DNA from: an uncultured Lachnospiraceae bacterium | GTDB taxonomy: Bacteria > Bacillota > Clostridia > Oscillospirales > CAG-272 | DNA length: 64,000 nt | NCBI GenBank assembly: GCA_964562175.1 | Contig: CAZLRV010000003.1 | Span: 15,001 to 79,000, forward strand | Reading direction: 5' to 3' | Part shown: positions 63,553 to 64,000 of the stretch, piece after piece | How the letters are laid out: every line of letters starts with the position of its first letter | How positions within the stretch are numbered: the first letter of the stretch is position 1 | Notes under the pieces: generated by a model | What the model saw: only the letters and a program-made list of their open reading frames with translations | Database searches by the model: none | What the model was told of the DNA's origin: nothing | Translations under genes and position numbers: made by a program

Positions 63553-64000
63553 TCATATTTTGATGCCGAGCAGCTTCATTATAAGTGCCATACGGACATA
63601 TTTTCCGTTCAGCACCTGCTTGAAGTAGCACGCTCTCGGATCGCTGTCGATATCGGGGCTTATCTCGTTCACGCGGGGGAGCGGATGAAGCACTGACATA
63701 TCGGGCTTTGCAAGCTCCATTTTTTTCTTATCGAGTATATACGTATCCTTGAGCCTTATGTAATCGGCTTCATTGAAAAAGCGTTCTCTTTGAACACGTG
63801 TCATGTAAAGCACGTCAAGCTCCGGCATTGCTTCCTCAAGGCTTTCCGTTTCCGTATATTCTATACCCGCCTTTTCAAGTACATCTGTCTTTATGTAATC
63901 GGGAACCTTAAGCTCTTGGGGCGATATAAATACGAATTTCACGTTTTTGCATCTTGAAAGTGCGGCAGTAAGCGAATGCACCGTGCGTCCGAACTTCAGA
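63553..64000 (-). CDS. pyrB: aspartate carbamoyltransferase catalytic subunit (C-terminal part; gene continues beyond the window end)
   Basis: [10 protein letters not shown]..., [11 protein letters not shown] and HPLPRVNEI motifs. The frame is open to position 64000. Confidence 0.9.
   Translation of the reverse strand, partial: LKFGRTVHSLTAALSRCKNVKFVFISPQELKVPDYIKTDVLEKAGIEYTETESLEEAMPELDVLYMTRVQRERFFNEADYIRLKDTYILDKKKMELAKPDMSVLHPLPRVNEISPDIDSDPRACYFKQVLNGKYVRMALIMKLLGIKI

Noticed and set aside
1-64000. CRISPR arrays, IS elements, prophage or known defence-system genes
   Set aside because: I noticed no regularly spaced direct repeats on reading through the window. No cas, transposase, integrase, restriction-modification, toxin-antitoxin or nuclease/ATPase-type orphan genes appear among the ORFs.

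Overview
This 64-kb segment looks like chromosome from a mid-GC Firmicute of class Clostridia. Split transketolase, an iorAB-paaK cluster, a SpoIID-type protein and cohesin/dockerin-like modules suggest a Ruminococcus/Oscillospiraceae-like gut or rumen anaerobe, but that taxonomic guess is inference only. I can support about 60 protein genes, one tRNA-Leu(GAG), one large Bacillus-type SRP RNA, and several sigma-A-type promoters and rho-independent terminators.

Most of the window is housekeeping:
- Translation and RNA: trmB, rimO, ylxM-ffh-rpsP-KH, SRP RNA-dnaX, hisS-aspS and truB.
- Replication and repair: a divergent type IIA topoisomerase B/A pair and mfd.
- Envelope and lipids: pgsA, cls and lgt.
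- Central metabolism and peptidases: split tkt, an M16 peptidase pair, folD and pyrBI.
- Peptide salvage and transport: a pepD / dipeptide-epimerase / NlpC-P60 murein-peptide trio and an amino-acid ABC transporter.

I saw no CRISPR array, transposase, integrase or recognisable phage or defence genes.

Two accessory blocks stand out:
1. 31.05-38.80 kb (minus strand) is a self-contained operon with its own consensus promoter and strong terminator. It encodes an orphan PqqD/RRE-like 88-aa protein, a 2333-aa secreted giant protein, and a 76-aa acidic three-Cys peptide. The giant protein's fibro-slime/PA14-like signature appears split by a very large insertion carrying three 'RYKT' modules. The peptide's N-terminus resembles RRE-bound RiPP leaders. 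No maturase gene is present anywhere in the window. This is my best candidate for an undescribed system.
2. 53.2-60.6 kb holds a tightly overlapped minus-strand operon of a DivIVA-domain protein, an XRE-HTH/TPR regulator and two GT10 fucosyltransferase paralogs. It faces a plus-strand unit of an FkbM methyltransferase, a membrane-anchored cohesin-like protein and a dockerin-like Big_2 protein.

All functional calls come from motif recognition by eye and memory of protein families. No searches were run. Sub-gene coordinates are approximate, within a few nt.
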